Assembly (NCBI GenBank): GCA_964486655.1
Contig: CAZAON010000436.1
Span: 1 to 56,668 of the forward strand
Direction of reading: 5' to 3'
DNA: 56,668 bases
Source of the DNA: an uncultured Flavobacteriales bacterium
GTDB taxonomy: Bacteria > Bacteroidota > Bacteroidia > AKYH767-A > 2013-40CM-41-45
Below, in pieces: positions 28,299 to 37,311 of the stretch. The notes under the pieces were generated by a model. That model saw only the letters and a list, made by a program, of their open reading frames with translations. It was not told the origin of the DNA and did not search any database. Position 1 is the stretch's first letter. Every line of letters starts with the position of its first letter. Both the position numbers and the translations under genes were made by a program.

Positions 28299-29231
28299 TT
28301 AAGCAATGATCTTTTTACCCGGATCGTATTCAACAGTTGCTCCCTGAATTTTAAAGCCGGCAATATCCTTCAGGCTGACGATATTTCCTTTTACGTTCTC
28401 GATTGGAATCAAATAAACCGATTCGGGAGCTGATGGTTTTCCGCCAATACCAACGGCGACAAAGACTTCTTTATCACGATCGAATTTTACGGTTTCTTTT
28501 CCCAGTAGAAGTTTATCGCCTTCGGCTTTCTCAAAAAAGCGGCAGGAAATACCGAAACGGCTTCGTTCTCCGCCTGCATTTTTGAATTCAAATACCAGAC
28601 CCGGAGAGTAAGTGCTTAATTTGAATTTTTTCTTGCTAAAATTCCTCCATTCGACAAGATGATATTTACCCGGATCAAGACGGTCGGTCATGTATCTTTC
28701 GAACTGATAGCCTATCCTTTGAGGAGTAAAAAGCCGCATAAATTGCAATTCGACCTTGTTCAGCCAGCGAGGAACTTTTTTAGTCCTTCTTATATATATG
28801 TATAGGGCGGCGGCTCCTGTAATTATAAGTCCGAGCAAAATTAAAAGCACCCGTTCAATCGAAAAGAATCTGACTAAAGGCGGTGGAGGCACATAAACTT
28901 CCTTTAAACTAAAAGGATATTTCTTTTGCATTCCTTCGCCGATCCATATTCCCTGTATATCGTATTTATTAAGCTGACCGATAAATTCATCGATCATATT
29001 TCCTTTCAGATCAAAACCATGAAACCTGATACTTTTTCCGGTTACATATCCGCGGATACTGATCGGGTCATCAAATGAATCATAGTAATAGGTACCGTTT
29101 AGGTTTCCGCTTTTACTGACCAGGGTGAGGGTAATAGGATATGGCCCTATATTTCCGTGATATTTTTTGCGGAAAGTTTGAGAAAACAGAAAATAAGGTA
29201 GTAACAGGAACAATAAAATCGAATACTTCAT
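28299..29231 (-). CDS. single-pass membrane protein, function unknown
   Basis: ATG 29231 gives MKYSILLFLLLPYFLFSQ. It has a ~115-aa exported domain, a PPPP linker, a TM helix (VLLILLGLIITGAAALYIYI) and a ~150-aa cytoplasmic domain (GYQFERYMTDRL...LVFEFK...ISCRF). Confidence 0.7.
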   Translation of the reverse strand: MKYSILLFLLLPYFLFSQTFRKKYHGNIGPYPITLTLVSKSGNLNGTYYYDSFDDPISIRGYVTGKSIRFHGFDLKGNMIDEFIGQLNKYDIQGIWIGEGMQKKYPFSLKEVYVPPPPLVRFFSIERVLLILLGLIITGAAALYIYIRRTKKVPRWLNKVELQFMRLFTPQRIGYQFERYMTDRLDPGKYHLVEWRNFSKKKFKLSTYSPGLVFEFKNAGGERSRFGISCRFFEKAEGDKLLLGKETVKFDRDKEVFVAVGIGGKPSAPESVYLIPIENVKGNIVSLKDIAGFKIQGATVEYDPGKKIIA

Positions 29232-29554
29232 CAGCCTGTTTGATCTTTTCACTATTCTAACTTAAAACTTCTTTACAAATACTTAACACTTCTTACAGTT
29301 TTTTTATCAATTAGTTTCTGTTTATAAAGCCAAATACCATAAAATTTTGATAATATTTTTTGGCTCACTTTGAAACCTTTTCCAATTAAATCATTCCATT
29401 TCGTGTTTACAATCTTTTCTCAAAAATTTTTGCGTTACGGAGAACAGCAAATCTTACTTTTTTGAAATTTCTCAATTCGCAGTTTTAAATAACTCTTTAG
29501 TCGCTGCTACCGTTTCGAACGATAATAAATCAAAAACATTATTAAAGAACCCAA

Positions 29555-30916
29555 ATGAAAAAATTGTACTCAGTAGTTATCATTTCATTTTTAAGCCTCT
29601 CGGCAATCGCTCAGATTTCGAATAATTCGTTCGAAAGCTGGAATTCAACTTCATTTGATGAGCCAACAGGCTGGCAGAGTGGCAACAAGGAATCTTTTAA
29701 CACAGGTTTGACGCCTGTTACAAAGGTAACCGGAGCAAACGGATATGCTGTTCGTATGCAAACAATGGTATCAATTGCCGGTGATACAGCCCAGGCTTTT
29801 ATAGCGAATGGAGATCCAATGGGAGGAGAAGGCGGAATTCCGATCAACGGACAGCCAACGGCTATTACAGGAAGTTACAGGTATAATATTCCGAATAATG
29901 ATACAGCCCTGATCCTGTTAGTATTTAAACAAAACGGCGTTGTTTTCAATTCTTCAATATTTAAAATAAAAGGTACGGGTAGTCAGAACACATTCACAAC
30001 ATTCAACTTCCCGATCTCTCTGAACATGACTCCGGATTCTGTAATCTTTGCTGCTACGTCGAGTAACTTACTGGACAATGTTGGCATCGAAAACGGAAGC
30101 TTCCTTGAAATTGATGGTATTTCATTTTCGGGAATCAACTCACCGATTGATAATAATGAATTTGAAAACTGGACAACAAATTCTCATGACCTGATTATTG
30201 GCTGGGAAACATATGGTGACGGCGTTACGAAAACGACAGACGCTCACGATGGAAATTCGGCCATCAGCCTTCAAACAATTGATTATGGAAATGGAAATTT
30301 AGGAGCTTCAGGAATTACCAACGGACATAGCACACAAAACGGTGCAGTAGGCGGTATCCCTTACAATCAAACGGTTGATACATTAATCGGCTGGTACAAA
30401 TATTCAGGTCCGTGCACGGATACGAGTTACTTTGGTGTTTCATTATCTGCAAACGCGGTTCCAATTGGCGGTTCAGGTGTTTATTTAACAACCGCTACTC
30501 AATACACATACGTCGAAATTCCGATTTACAGTCAGTCAACGCCTGACACATTACGAATTGATGCGTCCTCTTCAAGATGGCCATATGATTTCGCTTGTGA
30601 CGGAAGTACGCTAATCATCGATCAGTTGGCTCTGAAATCGGAACTAGTTGCAAGCTTGGCTAAAATTGAAAACAAAAAATCACCGTTTGCATATCCGAAT
30701 CCGGCAATCAATTTCATTCATATCAACGGAGGAAAACCTCTTAATGAAGAAACGACAATTGAATTCTTTGATTTATCAGGCCGCCTTGTGGCAAAAGAAA
30801 TTATAAAAGAAAACAGCGACGATGCGATAAATATTTCTACTCTAATAAACGGACGCTACTATTATCGTCTCACAAGCTCGCATGGGGATTCCATGAACAG
30901 CTTCATAAAACAATAA
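29555..30916 (+). CDS. T9SS type A cargo protein, function unknown (two NxFExW-type modules)
   Basis: Signal peptide MKKLYSVVIISFLSLSAIAQ. The modules begin ISNNSFESWNS..PTGWQSGN and IDNNEFENWTT..IIGWETYG. The C-terminus is FAYPNPAINFIHI. Confidence 0.75.
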   Translation: MKKLYSVVIISFLSLSAIAQISNNSFESWNSTSFDEPTGWQSGNKESFNTGLTPVTKVTGANGYAVRMQTMVSIAGDTAQAFIANGDPMGGEGGIPINGQPTAITGSYRYNIPNNDTALILLVFKQNGVVFNSSIFKIKGTGSQNTFTTFNFPISLNMTPDSVIFAATSSNLLDNVGIENGSFLEIDGISFSGINSPIDNNEFENWTTNSHDLIIGWETYGDGVTKTTDAHDGNSAISLQTIDYGNGNLGASGITNGHSTQNGAVGGIPYNQTVDTLIGWYKYSGPCTDTSYFGVSLSANAVPIGGSGVYLTTATQYTYVEIPIYSQSTPDTLRIDASSSRWPYDFACDGSTLIIDQLALKSELVASLAKIENKKSPFAYPNPAINFIHINGGKPLNEETTIEFFDLSGRLVAKEIIKENSDDAINISTLINGRYYYRLTSSHGDSMNSFIKQ

Positions 30917-30941
30917 ATAGAGAAATAAGGCATCAGCAAGA

Positions 30942-30976
30942 AGCGTAAGGGAGTAAAATCCTTTGCGCTTTTTTTG
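30942..30976 (+). terminator. rho-independent terminator
   Basis: agcgtaaggga pairs with tcctttgcgct (with G-U and mismatch positions), followed by TTTTTTTG. Confidence 0.6.
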
Positions 30977-31003
30977 TCACTATCCCTCAGTGGCAACGAG
31001 TTG

Positions 31004-31031
31004 TGGTTTCGGGTTACGGGTTTCGGGTTCG
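31004..31031 (+). repeat. short GGGTTNC-type array (second locus)
   Basis: Units are tggtttc gggttac gggtttc gggttcg, the same unit as at 19385-19436. Confidence 0.85.
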
Positions 31032-31235
31032 TTCGGCGATTTCTATGCGCGACTTGATAAATTCACATCAAAGCGACAAATCCTGTTCGCGCTACTTCAT
31101 CCAATACCGGGTTCGCAATCTTCATTATCATCAATTGCAAATGGATACTTGCAAATTTTACCTAAATTTTTTTCCGAACTTTCATGGAAAAAAACATATA
31201 ATCCCAAACCTTTTTACTTTATTAAAATTCACGAA

Positions 31236-32693
31236 TTAAAGTTTCACAAACGACTGTCTCATAATTGCAAATTCCCCTTCAACTAAAATATAGTACACGC
31301 CACCCGGCAATCGTGAAACATCAACTGATATCTCACTGCCGCTTTGATTTATCTTCTTATGAATAAATAACTGACCCATAGAATTGTAAATTTTTAATGC
31401 ACCGGAATGATTTGCGATTTTTGAGAGATCAATTTTTAAAATTTCTGTACATGGATTAGGAAAAACTTTTAGCTCATAATTTTCAATTTCGTTTATGCCA
31501 TTAATTGTATCGCATTGGCTGAATGGGACGGGGCCGAGATTGAAATTGGGAAGATTGGGGAATGCCATATTATTGTAACAATACAATTGAATGGTATGTT
31601 GTTGCAAATCACAAAGCATTCCCAAACTATCAGGGGAATTGATAACTGACCATTGGTCATTGGTGCTACCAGGAGAAATATAAATTTTCTTATCAGGGGC
31701 AAGTTTTATTCGTTGAAAGTCATAGGGAATTCCTGAAACAACCAAACCATCATAGGTGCCAACAATCGCTCTTGAAGCCCATATATTAGAACTTAACAAA
31801 TCAAACTGATAACAGTATTGACTATTTGTCGCGTATAGAAAACGATTATTGAATGAAAAAGCGACTCCTCCTCCCGGACCAATCGAATCATAAAAATTTT
31901 CATTAAAAATCATATTAAATCCTCCTGTACAGCGATCAAAATCAAATAATGAAATAGCCTCATTCCAGCTTATTAATGCATAATGATTTCCATCGTTAGA
32001 AAAACAGGCTTGGGCATAATAACTATCCAGACCAATTGGACCGGAAAAATTTATTACTGTTGGGCCTACTACTGTGTCAGAAGTAATTAACCACTCTAAC
32101 AAGTCATTGCTGTAGCTTTTTTTTGATATAAGCCACCAATCTCTTCCATTTGCGTGTTTAACTGCCTGAAGTTTCCCATGCAATAATGAATCGGGCGATG
32201 AATAAAAAATCTGGCCCTTAGAAACTACAACTCCTCTGCCGCTATCAGCATTTAAATTAATTGTGGTGCAATAAATATTATTAACTATAGGTATAAGAGT
32301 ATCATTGTCAATAGTCTCATGTAATAGATAATAAATTGAATCATTCCCGGGTTTATTAATTATAATAATTCCTTGAGAGCTGGGGGAGCTAAACGGATAC
32401 TCTGAAATTGCAAAATGAGTTGTGTTTAAAGTATCCCCACCTGGCATTAAAGATGCATCTGGTCGATAAACAGTTGCACCATTCGAGAATAGCATCAAAT
32501 TTGAATCTATATCACATAAGCATACATTACATCCAGTATATCCTTCAATTGAATCAGAGCTCGCAGTAATTATCATATTTCCTCCTCTAAAATCAATGAA
32601 CGTGCAAGCTCCAACATGCCATTGCATATCGTATTGACAAAAAGCGATTTTATTAAATAAAATCACAAATAAAAATATCAATTTAATTTTCAT
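31236..32693 (-). CDS. T9SS type A cargo protein, function unknown
   Basis: 485 aa with signal peptide MKIKLIFLFVILFNKIAFCQ. The C-terminus is KVFPNPCTEILKIDL...GVYYILVE. Confidence 0.75.
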   Translation of the reverse strand: MKIKLIFLFVILFNKIAFCQYDMQWHVGACTFIDFRGGNMIITASSDSIEGYTGCNVCLCDIDSNLMLFSNGATVYRPDASLMPGGDTLNTTHFAISEYPFSSPSSQGIIIINKPGNDSIYYLLHETIDNDTLIPIVNNIYCTTINLNADSGRGVVVSKGQIFYSSPDSLLHGKLQAVKHANGRDWWLISKKSYSNDLLEWLITSDTVVGPTVINFSGPIGLDSYYAQACFSNDGNHYALISWNEAISLFDFDRCTGGFNMIFNENFYDSIGPGGGVAFSFNNRFLYATNSQYCYQFDLLSSNIWASRAIVGTYDGLVVSGIPYDFQRIKLAPDKKIYISPGSTNDQWSVINSPDSLGMLCDLQQHTIQLYCYNNMAFPNLPNFNLGPVPFSQCDTINGINEIENYELKVFPNPCTEILKIDLSKIANHSGALKIYNSMGQLFIHKKINQSGSEISVDVSRLPGGVYYILVEGEFAIMRQSFVKL

Positions 32694-32751
32694 AGAAATT
32701 GAAGATTAAATAAGGAGTTGGATAATTATTCAAATCCAACTCCTTCTTTAA

Positions 32752-32991
32752 TTATTTGGTTATTGCAATTTTACCGCGTCTTTCCCATATTAAATTTTTA
32801 TAGTAGTAATAAATTATTGTGGATTCTACCTCTGAAATGTCTACTGATACTGCCTTTGTTACATTTGATAAATCTAATTTACGAATTACTTTCCCATAAA
32901 CATCATAAATTATTAATTCACCTGCTAAATCCGAATTCACCTCAAAGTTCACTATTAAGTTTCTCCGTTCGGCGATTTCTATACACGACGT
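32752..32991 (-). pseudogene. orphan T9SS type A C-terminal-domain fragment (5'-truncated cargo gene)
   Basis: The frame is open only from the in-frame TGA at 32992-32994. It encodes ...IEIAERRNLIVNFEVNSDLAGELIIYDVYGKVIRKLDLSNVTKAVSVDISEV..., which is a CTD-like tail with no upstream body, signal peptide or PNP motif. Confidence 0.5.
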
Positions 32992-33039
32992 TCAAATTTT
33001 AATCTTTCAAAGTCCACTCTTTATTAGCTATTACCATAA

Positions 33040-33251
33040 AATAAGGTAATAAGGTTGAGGCCGTGGGTAATTGACTTTTTCTATGAAGGTTATGAAGGTT
33101 AAAAAATAAAATTAAGGTTTGCGATTATACCGGTTTCTTTTTCTGACAATCAACAAATCAGCAAATTCACTATTTAAAACCTTCATTTTATTTTTTTAAC
33201 CTTCATAGAAAAAAACGCATGATTATTTTGCCCCAACCTTATTACCTTATT
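33040..33251. repeat. 212-bp long imperfect inverted repeat (arms ~76-80 bp)
   Basis: aataaggtaataaggttgagg...tttttctatgaaggt(tatgaaggt)taaaaaataaaattaaggttt is mirrored by aaaaccttcattttatttttttaaccttcatagaaaaa...ccccaaccttattaccttatt. The central loop is ~55 nt. Confidence 0.85.
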
Positions 33252-33444
33252 CCGTAAGCCATATCTCCCTGGGGTTGTAATTAGCATCCGCGACCTCTCA
33301 CATTTACATTGAAACAACCCCTTTTGTTCGTGCCCCGCATTCTTCAATCTTCAATATTCACCCCCCCTCACTTTCCCTAATATATGCGGTTGGAATTCCC
33401 TGATACCCGTCCGTACTTGCATAAGATTTCTAAAAAAACATCTT

Positions 33445-34245
33445 ATGAAAAACACATCCTCATATTCGGAGTTCCTGAAACAGGAAAACGAACTGACAAA
33501 ATTAAAAATCCAGGCCGAGTTTGGCTTCCAGATTGCCGGCGAAAGCAATCTCAATCCGGCCATCGAAAATATCTGGCTGAAACAGATATTGGACTATGAA
33601 CGTGCCATGGTCAGCAGTACAAAAATCACCATTCATGAAAAAATCGGTAAGCCGGTATTTAAAAAATTCGCCGAACTGAAAGAAGGCGAACTGGAACAGG
33701 AGTTGCTTTCTATAATTGAAATACTGAATAAAAAGAATATCGTGATTGATTCAGTTGCCGGCGCCGGCGATGAAGAGATGTATAAATTCATTACCGAAGA
33801 GTTGATTATCCAGGAGGTGGATAGTAACTCTCCTCCGAATATGCTCACTTGCTTTATCTATGAAGAATTTCATCCGAATCATGAATATGATATTCGCAAC
33901 AGGGGACAAGAGTTCATGAACGGACTGGAAAGAAATGATACTGACTTCTCATTCTTTATTTCGGCAGAAAGCCATGATGAAATTCACGATATCCATTTTC
34001 AGCAATTGAAAAGAAGATTGCGTTTATTTAAAGAAGCATTCGACGAAGTAAAAGTTACTACATATAAAGTGACTTCCATTGTAATAAATGATGAAAACGC
34101 AGAAATAAATTTTCAATATAACCTCTCAGTACTCCCCGCAGAAAGTAAAACACGCCATACAATCAGCGGAGAAGGATTATTCAAACTAAAATATTCCTTC
34201 GAATGGTGGTCAATCTTTGATATTACGATGAAAGGTGTAGTGTAA
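33445..34245 (+). CDS. cytoplasmic hypothetical protein
   Basis: 266-aa ORF with no signal peptide. I recognised no motif. The C-terminal ~110 aa has an alternating beta-strand pattern that might be NTF2-like (weak). Confidence 0.6.
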   Translation: MKNTSSYSEFLKQENELTKLKIQAEFGFQIAGESNLNPAIENIWLKQILDYERAMVSSTKITIHEKIGKPVFKKFAELKEGELEQELLSIIEILNKKNIVIDSVAGAGDEEMYKFITEELIIQEVDSNSPPNMLTCFIYEEFHPNHEYDIRNRGQEFMNGLERNDTDFSFFISAESHDEIHDIHFQQLKRRLRLFKEAFDEVKVTTYKVTSIVINDENAEINFQYNLSVLPAESKTRHTISGEGLFKLKYSFEWWSIFDITMKGVV

Positions 34246-34253
34246 CAATGAAC

Positions 34254-34317
34254 CTGGAATATTGGAATCCTGGAATAATGGAATCCTGGAATGTTGGAAT
34301 GTCGCAATGTCGCAATC
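34254..34317 (+). repeat. 8 tandem 8-mers NTGGAATN / TCGCAATN
   Basis: Units are ctggaata ttggaatc ctggaata atggaatc ctggaatg ttggaatg tcgcaatg tcgcaatc. It lies between convergent genes. Confidence 0.95.
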
Positions 34318-36928
34318 ACCTAATCAACGTAACACTCCCCACGTACTCAAACACCCTTCCGGTTATATCTTCCAAATTAACCTTATACACATATGTGTCC
34401 GATATCGCGTTTTCACCTTTCCAGGCTTTAAACAAATCGTTCGAAGTAAACACTTCTTCTCCCCAACGATTGAAAATTGACATCTTATATTTTCCGATAC
34501 CAATTCCGATCCCTTTAAAACTATCATTTACTCCGTCTCCATTCGGAGTAAATGCATTCGGAACATTAAAAACAAAATCCAGTCCGATATAAATATAATC
34601 CGAAGTCTTGCTTGAACATCCGTTATTATCCATTACATACAGATCGACTCTGAAATATCCCGTATCGGTATAGACATGATAACCATACCGACTTTGAGAC
34701 TCTTCATTATCACCAAAATCCCATTTCCAGTTTTTTGCATTTGAAGTGTAATCGAGATAATTAATTTTAGAGTCTTCCAAAAATGCGACTTTAGGATTCA
34801 AATTAAACTGAATTTCCGGTAATGCGAAAACAGAAATACTCTGACTAACGGAATTGGAACAATGAGTGCCATTGTCCATGAAGCTGTATGTAATGGTATG
34901 TGTACCCGCTGTCGCGCTTGACGGATCGAATCTGTTATTATGCACTCCGGTTCCTGAATAAATTCCTCCGGCCGGCAAGCCTCCCTCAAGCAAAAACGGA
35001 TCCCCGTCAATACAGATGTCGGATGGCTTGTTAAATGTCAGTTGAGGTAACGCTTTAACCGTTAGCCGGGTAATAATAACACTATCACATCCGAAAATCG
35101 ATTCGATTGTATCGCGGTACATTCCCGCTTCAGTATAAACATGTGAAAGCAGGCGATAACTTTCACCCTGACAGATACTCTGAAAATTATCGGCAACATA
35201 AACAGGCAATACTGTTAATTGTGTTGTAACGACTGAATCACATCCGTGCGATGAAACAAGCGTATCAACATAGGTTCCCTGCAAATTGTAGTGATGAGCA
35301 TTCAAAATATATGATTCACCATTGCAAATCGTAACCGGATTATTTGCATTAAATGACGCCGCATGTGCAAGCGTGGTTTGAATAATAGAATCACATCCGT
35401 TTACAGTTTGCAGCGTATCATAATAAATTCCGGGTATAAAATAAACATGCCCGTTAAAGTTGTATGATTCTCCGTTACAAATCCACTGAGGGTTGTTCCG
35501 AATGTATGAGTTTAAAACCGTCAACTGAGTGATGACTACCGAATCACATCCGAAATTGGTGACTAATGTATCCGAATAATTTCCACTTACCATGTAGTTA
35601 TGTCCATTGAAAGAATACACCTCGCCGTTACAAATAGATTGAACACTAACTGAAACCGGTGAGGGATGTAATGTTTGAATGTTTACGGTATCCCTTGCCT
35701 GGCATCCGACGGAATCGGTAATTGTAATAATATATTGCCCTGCCGTTAAGCCTGAAGCTGTTGAAATTAATTGAGGCGGACTGGTATTCCATTCGTATGA
35801 AATGCTGCCATAACCTCCACTCACACTTGTATATGCATTACCGTCATTTCCACCATCGCAATACACGTCGCTGTGAGAGGTAATTACAACTTCCGGATTG
35901 TTAGAAATAACAGTATCACCCGAAAGCTGACATTGATTCCCCAGCGAATACATTGCTGTGTAATATCCATCACCTAAATTATTTGAAGACACCTGTAATA
36001 TTGAATCGGTCTGTCCCGAAATTGCAATTCCGTTTTTAAACCACTGCCACGCTCCGCCCATAGTATCGGTATGAGAATTCAGTACAACATTGTTCAGGCA
36101 GGGAATTCCCGACTGATCAACATTCAGTTGAGCAAATGCGGAAGTCGTATTTAATACAAGGTTGTCAAAATAAAAATAAGGAGAACATCCCAGGTTATTA
36201 TTATAGGAAGCAGGCAAGGCGCAAGGCGCGCCGAGTATTATGGCGTTCACATTAAATGTCGGAGTAAAGGTTATAGTTAACAATCCCCACTGAGAGGCCG
36301 GAGTGTAAGTTGCCTTGCCCATAATTCTCCATGCAGGTGCTGCAGGACAGGCTGTTCCGGCAAACGGCAGATTCGCGCAACTTGTACTTCCGAAAATTGT
36401 AACGTCAACCGGACCATAAAAAATATTTCCATTGTTACATATTCCACCCTGGCCGTCAACCGGAGTAGAAGCAATACTAAACTGAATAGTATAAGAAGTT
36501 CCGGCTTGCATTGGCTGAAGTAAACAAGAGCCAATATATTCCTGCCAGTTAGGTTGAAATATACATCCTACAATTGCGTCGCCGTCAGGAAAATTATTCA
36601 GTCCGGCTGCAGCAACGGCACCACCAACATATCCGCCCGGACAATGACTCATGTAATCAGTCGTTGCAAAAGAAGCCTGCATCCAACCTGCAGCACAATT
36701 CATCTGACTGTAGGTAAAGGGGCAACAATTACTTTGTTCGAAAGAAGGGTTTGGTATATAAGAATGCAATACAGTAGATCCGTGCAGACCGTTACATCTG
36801 CAATCCGTTGTATCGTTAAGATCTATCAAACCATCATTATCATCATCTATACCATTCGTACAGATTTCCTGAGCATGAATCTGAAAAGAAAATAACAAAA
36901 GAAAGAAGAGAAGATTTACTTTCTTCAT
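34316..36928 (-). CDS. large surface protein with four ~50-aa Cys-containing repeats, PKD-like domain and T9SS type B CTD
   Basis: Signal peptide MKKVNLLFFLLLFSFQIHAQ. It has four copies of ICNGE.Y.FNGH.Y...G.Y.DTL....GCDS...T.LTV. The C-terminus is AFTPNGDGVNDSF...TYVYKV. Confidence 0.85.
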   Translation of the reverse strand: MKKVNLLFFLLLFSFQIHAQEICTNGIDDDNDGLIDLNDTTDCRCNGLHGSTVLHSYIPNPSFEQSNCCPFTYSQMNCAAGWMQASFATTDYMSHCPGGYVGGAVAAAGLNNFPDGDAIVGCIFQPNWQEYIGSCLLQPMQAGTSYTIQFSIASTPVDGQGGICNNGNIFYGPVDVTIFGSTSCANLPFAGTACPAAPAWRIMGKATYTPASQWGLLTITFTPTFNVNAIILGAPCALPASYNNNLGCSPYFYFDNLVLNTTSAFAQLNVDQSGIPCLNNVVLNSHTDTMGGAWQWFKNGIAISGQTDSILQVSSNNLGDGYYTAMYSLGNQCQLSGDTVISNNPEVVITSHSDVYCDGGNDGNAYTSVSGGYGSISYEWNTSPPQLISTASGLTAGQYIITITDSVGCQARDTVNIQTLHPSPVSVSVQSICNGEVYSFNGHNYMVSGNYSDTLVTNFGCDSVVITQLTVLNSYIRNNPQWICNGESYNFNGHVYFIPGIYYDTLQTVNGCDSIIQTTLAHAASFNANNPVTICNGESYILNAHHYNLQGTYVDTLVSSHGCDSVVTTQLTVLPVYVADNFQSICQGESYRLLSHVYTEAGMYRDTIESIFGCDSVIITRLTVKALPQLTFNKPSDICIDGDPFLLEGGLPAGGIYSGTGVHNNRFDPSSATAGTHTITYSFMDNGTHCSNSVSQSISVFALPEIQFNLNPKVAFLEDSKINYLDYTSNAKNWKWDFGDNEESQSRYGYHVYTDTGYFRVDLYVMDNNGCSSKTSDYIYIGLDFVFNVPNAFTPNGDGVNDSFKGIGIGIGKYKMSIFNRWGEEVFTSNDLFKAWKGENAISDTYVYKVNLEDITGRVFEYVGSVTLIR

Positions 36929-37065
36929 TCGTTTTATTTGAGTTTTGATTTTTAAATTATGTTGATGAATTTATTATGGCCCACAGGCGAAAGAAAAATT
37001 ATTTCGTGAATGCGTTTGTTTGAATCCCCGAAAAGGCGGTTCTGCAGCTTGATTCCGGCCGGATT

Positions 37066-37107
37066 TAGATAAAAAGAAAAGGAGCCTGAATGATGATTTC
37101 AGACTCC
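37066..37107 (-). terminator. rho-independent terminator downstream of ECF operon / panE remnant
   Basis: The minus-strand RNA stem GGAGUCUGAA...UUCAGGCUCC (37081-37107) is followed by TTTTCTTTTTAT. Confidence 0.65.
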
Positions 37108-37311
37108 CTTCTCAACAAACAACTTCTTTTACTCCGGGAAACAACAATTTTGCTTGGCCAATATTGGACGAAATAAGGTGAAATGACCCGATTTATTCGT
37201 AAGTAAATTCATGAAGTCATCCTCATTTGAATCAGGAAAATTCGGTCCGAAATGGGTGAATGACGAAAATAACCGGAAATAAATATGCAAAAAATCCGGT
37301 AAAAACTGTAC

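Noticed and set aside
34248-34592. ORFs 34248..34592(+), 34262..34480(+) and 34113..34319(-).
   Set aside because: They start in the 8-mer array (MNLEYWNPGIMESWNVGM) and then run antisense through the 3' end of the 870-aa gene.
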